Source: Desulfobacterales bacterium
GTDB taxonomy: Bacteria; Desulfobacterota; Desulfobacteria; Desulfobacterales; UBA5616
Reading direction: 5' to 3'
Length of the DNA: 64,000 nucleotides
NCBI GenBank assembly: GCA_046483495.1
Contig: JAWODC010000074.1
Location: 32,001-96,000 of the forward strand
In this document: positions 61,089-64,000 of the stretch, piece by piece
Position numbering within the stretch: the stretch's first letter is position 1
Layout: the number at the start of each line of letters is the position of its first letter
Made by a program: the position numbers and the translations under genes
Notes under the pieces: generated by a model
Database searches by the model: none
Seen by the model: the letters and a program-made list of their open reading frames with translations, nothing else
What the model was told of the DNA's origin: nothing

Positions 61089-62068
61089 CCGGCCGCTGCG
61101 TTCAACCGCTTTAACAGGTCCTTGGCCTCTTCGATGATATCCTCGACAACCTCGGCGACGGTTTTCAATTCATCGATCAGGCCGACCACCTGACCGGCAG
61201 GCAGCATGCTGTGCTCCGGATCTCCGGATACATATGCGGATTTCGTCCGCTGGCCGGCGACTTTGGCCAATATGTCTTCCAGTGTGGCGCCCTTTTCCTC
61301 TATGGCCAGGACCTCTTCGGCCAGTGTATTGCGGATCGTGCGCATGGGGTTGAAAATCGTTTTCATCAGCAGTGTGGTTTCCTCGGCCTTCGCGTCGATG
61401 TATTTCTGCTTCACCGCCTCATGAATGGGGCATTCGCGGGTGACCAGAAAACGGCTTCCCAGCAGGACCCCTTCGGCTCCCATGGCCAGTGCCCCGAGAA
61501 AACCGGCCCCGTCCGCTATACCCCCCGCCGCGATCACCGGAATCGACAGCCGTTTCACCGCAAGGGGAAGTGATATAAAAGAGGCCACATCCTGCAGGCC
61601 GATATGCCCCCCGGATCCGAACCCCAGGAGGGCGACGGCATCCACTCCCGCAGCCTCGGCTTTGTGGGCATGGTGCACCGAGGTCATCTTGTGTATGATT
61701 TTCACGCCTCCCTCTTTCAAACGGGGAACCAGCGGCGCCGGATTTCTGCCCGCGGTTTCAACGACCGGAACCTTCTCTTCGCAAATGACATCACACAATC
61801 GGTAGGTTCTTTCCTTTAGATCCCCGAGCTCCGGGATCATGGAAATGTTTACGCCGAACGGTTTATCCGTGAGGTCCCGAATTTTCCGGATGTCCTCCCT
61901 GAGGTCCTCCGGCGTTTCAAAACTTTCCGCCGTAATGAATCCCAAACCGCCGGCATTGCATGCATAGGCGACGAATTCCGACCGGGTGATCCACTGCATT
62001 CCCCCCATTAAAATGGGGTGGGTAATTCCAAGCATTTCCGTCAGCCGCGTCCTGAAGATTGACTCCAT
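61076..62068 (-). CDS. Nitronate monooxygenase/FabK-like flavin oxidoreductase
   Basis: HPILMGGM, AGGLG, TDKPFGVN, GGH, VIAAGGIADG, GSRF, AGQ. Confidence 0.9.
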   Translation of the reverse strand: MESIFRTRLTEMLGITHPILMGGMQWITRSEFVAYACNAGGLGFITAESFETPEDLREDIRKIRDLTDKPFGVNISMIPELGDLKERTYRLCDVICEEKVPVVETAGRNPAPLVPRLKEGGVKIIHKMTSVHHAHKAEAAGVDAVALLGFGSGGHIGLQDVASFISLPLAVKRLSIPVIAAGGIADGAGFLGALAMGAEGVLLGSRFLVTRECPIHEAVKQKYIDAKAEETTLLMKTIFNPMRTIRNTLAEEVLAIEEKGATLEDILAKVAGQRTKSAYVSGDPEHSMLPAGQVVGLIDELKTVAEVVEDIIEEAKDLLKRLNAAAGQGA

Positions 62069-62119
62069 ATGTGGTCTCCTTTCATGAAAACGAGTAATCG
62101 CCCCACCCGATGTGCTCTT

Positions 62120-63139
62120 TCAAAATCGCCAAGCAATGTTCAGGGAGCCGAAAAGATCCCCGCTGCTTTGGTCTTCATATTCCTTGGTTCGATAAATTTG
62201 GGTGTAGGTCATCTGAAAGCGGCCCCGCTGAACCGCAAAACCGGCTTGAACATCCCCCACCAGCATGTTTTTATCGACGGAAGGGCTGTCGGTGAAGGTG
62301 TTTCCGTCCAGAAAGATATTGCGCAGAACCAATCGGGCCTCCGAACCGGCAAACACATACCAGTTAAAATCGTCCTCGGGCCTGAAAAAACCGCTGCCCG
62401 GAAGGCTTGGCCGAATACGGGGCGGGCCGAAATCTTCTTCCAGGTTGGAACCGACCCTTACGGTAAATCCAACGGCGCCATAGGTGAATACGTTGCCTAA
62501 ACCGCCGCCGAAGTGCGGGAGGACATCATATTCCAGCCCGAATATGAGATCATGGGCATCGAAACGCCTGGCCTGCTCATAATAGAAGACAACACCGGGT
62601 TCATTGTCGAGCTGGTTGTCCCAACCCCTCGGAACCTTTATGCTGAAAAGATTGTGCCAACTGGTTTGAACTTCCTCGGCAAACGCATCAGGCCCCACAG
62701 TGCCGATTTCGAGATAGACTTTGTCGTACCGCCGGCTTCCCTGGTTTGCGGCAAGCCCGAAGCCCACGTAGAGCCAACCGGCGTAGGGACGTTCATTCGG
62801 CATCAGTTTTCTGGTACGGGTACTTTCCGGCGTATAGATATTCTGACCGATGCTGATGCTTGCCCGTGCCTCCAGAGCGCTGCTGTTTTCCGTCCCGGAT
62901 TTTTCGTACTCGAACCAGGGAAGCTTATTCGCCGCGTCCGAGATCCAATCGATGGGACCGGTTACATATTCCAACCGTGTGCCGTGGGTGAAGTTCCGGT
63001 CTGTTCCCCCGAAAAGATCGTTTTCAAGCTGCACACTGATGACGCTGCCGTTTTCAGCTGCCGGGGAATTGTCAGGACAAACGACTGCAGCAGGCATCCA
63101 CAACAAAATGAGGACGATTTTTATGGCGGTGTGTCGCAT
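62120..63139 (-). CDS. Lipid A 3-O-deacylase LpxR family (DUF2219) outer-membrane protein
   Basis: ENDLF..TDRNFTHG, GQNIYTP, RPYAGWLY, GWDNQL, RNIFLDGN, C-terminal Phe. Confidence 0.88.
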   Translation of the reverse strand: MRHTAIKIVLILLWMPAAVVCPDNSPAAENGSVISVQLENDLFGGTDRNFTHGTRLEYVTGPIDWISDAANKLPWFEYEKSGTENSSALEARASISIGQNIYTPESTRTRKLMPNERPYAGWLYVGFGLAANQGSRRYDKVYLEIGTVGPDAFAEEVQTSWHNLFSIKVPRGWDNQLDNEPGVVFYYEQARRFDAHDLIFGLEYDVLPHFGGGLGNVFTYGAVGFTVRVGSNLEEDFGPPRIRPSLPGSGFFRPEDDFNWYVFAGSEARLVLRNIFLDGNTFTDSPSVDKNMLVGDVQAGFAVQRGRFQMTYTQIYRTKEYEDQSSGDLFGSLNIAWRF

Positions 63140-63339
63140 CAGTCTCGGTATCCTGCGTCGATTCCATCGTGGTCAACCATACAACACCGGTCTTGTGCGG
63201 TAAAGACAAAAAAGTCGGAAAACCGCCTCGAGAATAGGCGATAAATCCACAATCGAGGAGCGGCGATAAAACCGAAAAAGCGTTGGATTCGGAAGATCAC
63301 GGTTTTCATCCTCCCCAAGGTTACCTTTGCGGCACCGGA

Positions 63340-64000
63340 TTACAGCTCGGCGGGTTCCACCTCGAGAAGCGAATAGATGTCGTCCCGGCTTGCCGAATAG
63401 AGAGCATCCAAAAAAGCCACATAAAAGCTGCCCGGCTTGTCGTGGAACTTGACGGCGAGATCACCGCACAAGCCGTAGTACGCGAAAGCCGCGGCGGCGG
63501 CAATTGCCCGTCTTTTTTCTTCGGCCGCCGCGCAAAATGCCGCGGTTACGGCGCTCAAACCGCAGCCGATGCCTGTCACGCGCGCCATCAGCGCCTGGCC
63601 GTTTCTGATCCGGATCATTTTTTCGCCGTCCGTGACAAGGTCTTCTCTACCCGAAACGCCGACGATGCAGTCATAGTCAGCCGCAATTCGTCGGGCCGTT
63701 TCAGCAATTTCTTCCGACATGGAAATGGAGGAATCCACGCCGCGTGTTTTAACGCCGGATGAAGTCAGCGAAAAGATTTCGGAAGCATTTCCCCGTATGA
63801 CCGATACGCTCACCTCATTCAATATTCGGCTGACCACCTGTTTTCGGTAAAGGGTGGCACCGGCGCCCACAGGATCCAGCACCACTGGTATGTTCGTTTG
63901 ATTGGCGATCTTCGCCGCCCGGATCATCGACGGGACCCATTCTTCCTCGATCGTTCCGATGTTCAGGACAAGCCCGTCGGCCATACCGGTCATTTCATCG
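63340..64000 (-). CDS. thiM: Hydroxyethylthiazole kinase (5' end outside window)
   Basis: LNIGT, VLDPVGAGAT, IRGNASEI, GVDS, VTGIGC, PGSF...FLDALY. Confidence 0.95.
   Translation of the reverse strand, partial: DEMTGMADGLVLNIGTIEEEWVPSMIRAAKIANQTNIPVVLDPVGAGATLYRKQVVSRILNEVSVSVIRGNASEIFSLTSSGVKTRGVDSSISMSEEIAETARRIAADYDCIVGVSGREDLVTDGEKMIRIRNGQALMARVTGIGCGLSAVTAAFCAAAEEKRRAIAAAAAFAYYGLCGDLAVKFHDKPGSFYVAFLDALYSASRDDIYSLLEVEPAEL

Noticed and set aside
63270..63335. Minus-strand CCGC...GAGGAT...CCAACGC resembling the repeat interior
   Set aside because: Spacing is wrong and terminal arms are absent

Overview
Bacterial chromosomal segment, most consistent with an anaerobic Desulfobacterota/deltaproteobacterium (inferred from gene content). 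It is densely coding (~55 CDS). Housekeeping genes: pyrG (partial), eno, PNP, aroE/aroK, glpK, hypAB, rsmI, yraN, ihfA, tkt, htpX, thiM (partial). Many CoA-dependent and redox catabolic genes: 3 acyl-CoA dehydrogenases, ETF, 2 crotonases, a thiolase-like protein, 3 ADP-forming acyl-CoA ligase genes, a ThDP enzyme, SDRs, Fe-S proteins, an RnfB-flavoprotein fusion and an MMPL/RND transporter. I saw no rRNA, tRNA, CRISPR array, transposase or prophage. The most striking non-coding signal is an interspersed ~145-bp multi-stem hairpin repeat: two intact copies (5234-5377, 42246-42390) with compensatory base changes, plus three degenerate or partial copies (1376-1512, 25724-25764, ~56188-56246), all folding best on the + strand. 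Other points of interest: a thiolase with Ser at the nucleophilic Cys position, a likely heteromeric ACAD pair, a stand-alone RnfB fusion, hypAB without a hydrogenase, a lactonase/Fe-ADH/QueG-like operon, a structured ihfA leader and an internally deleted amidohydrolase pseudogene. All family calls are from motif recognition by eye, not database searches.
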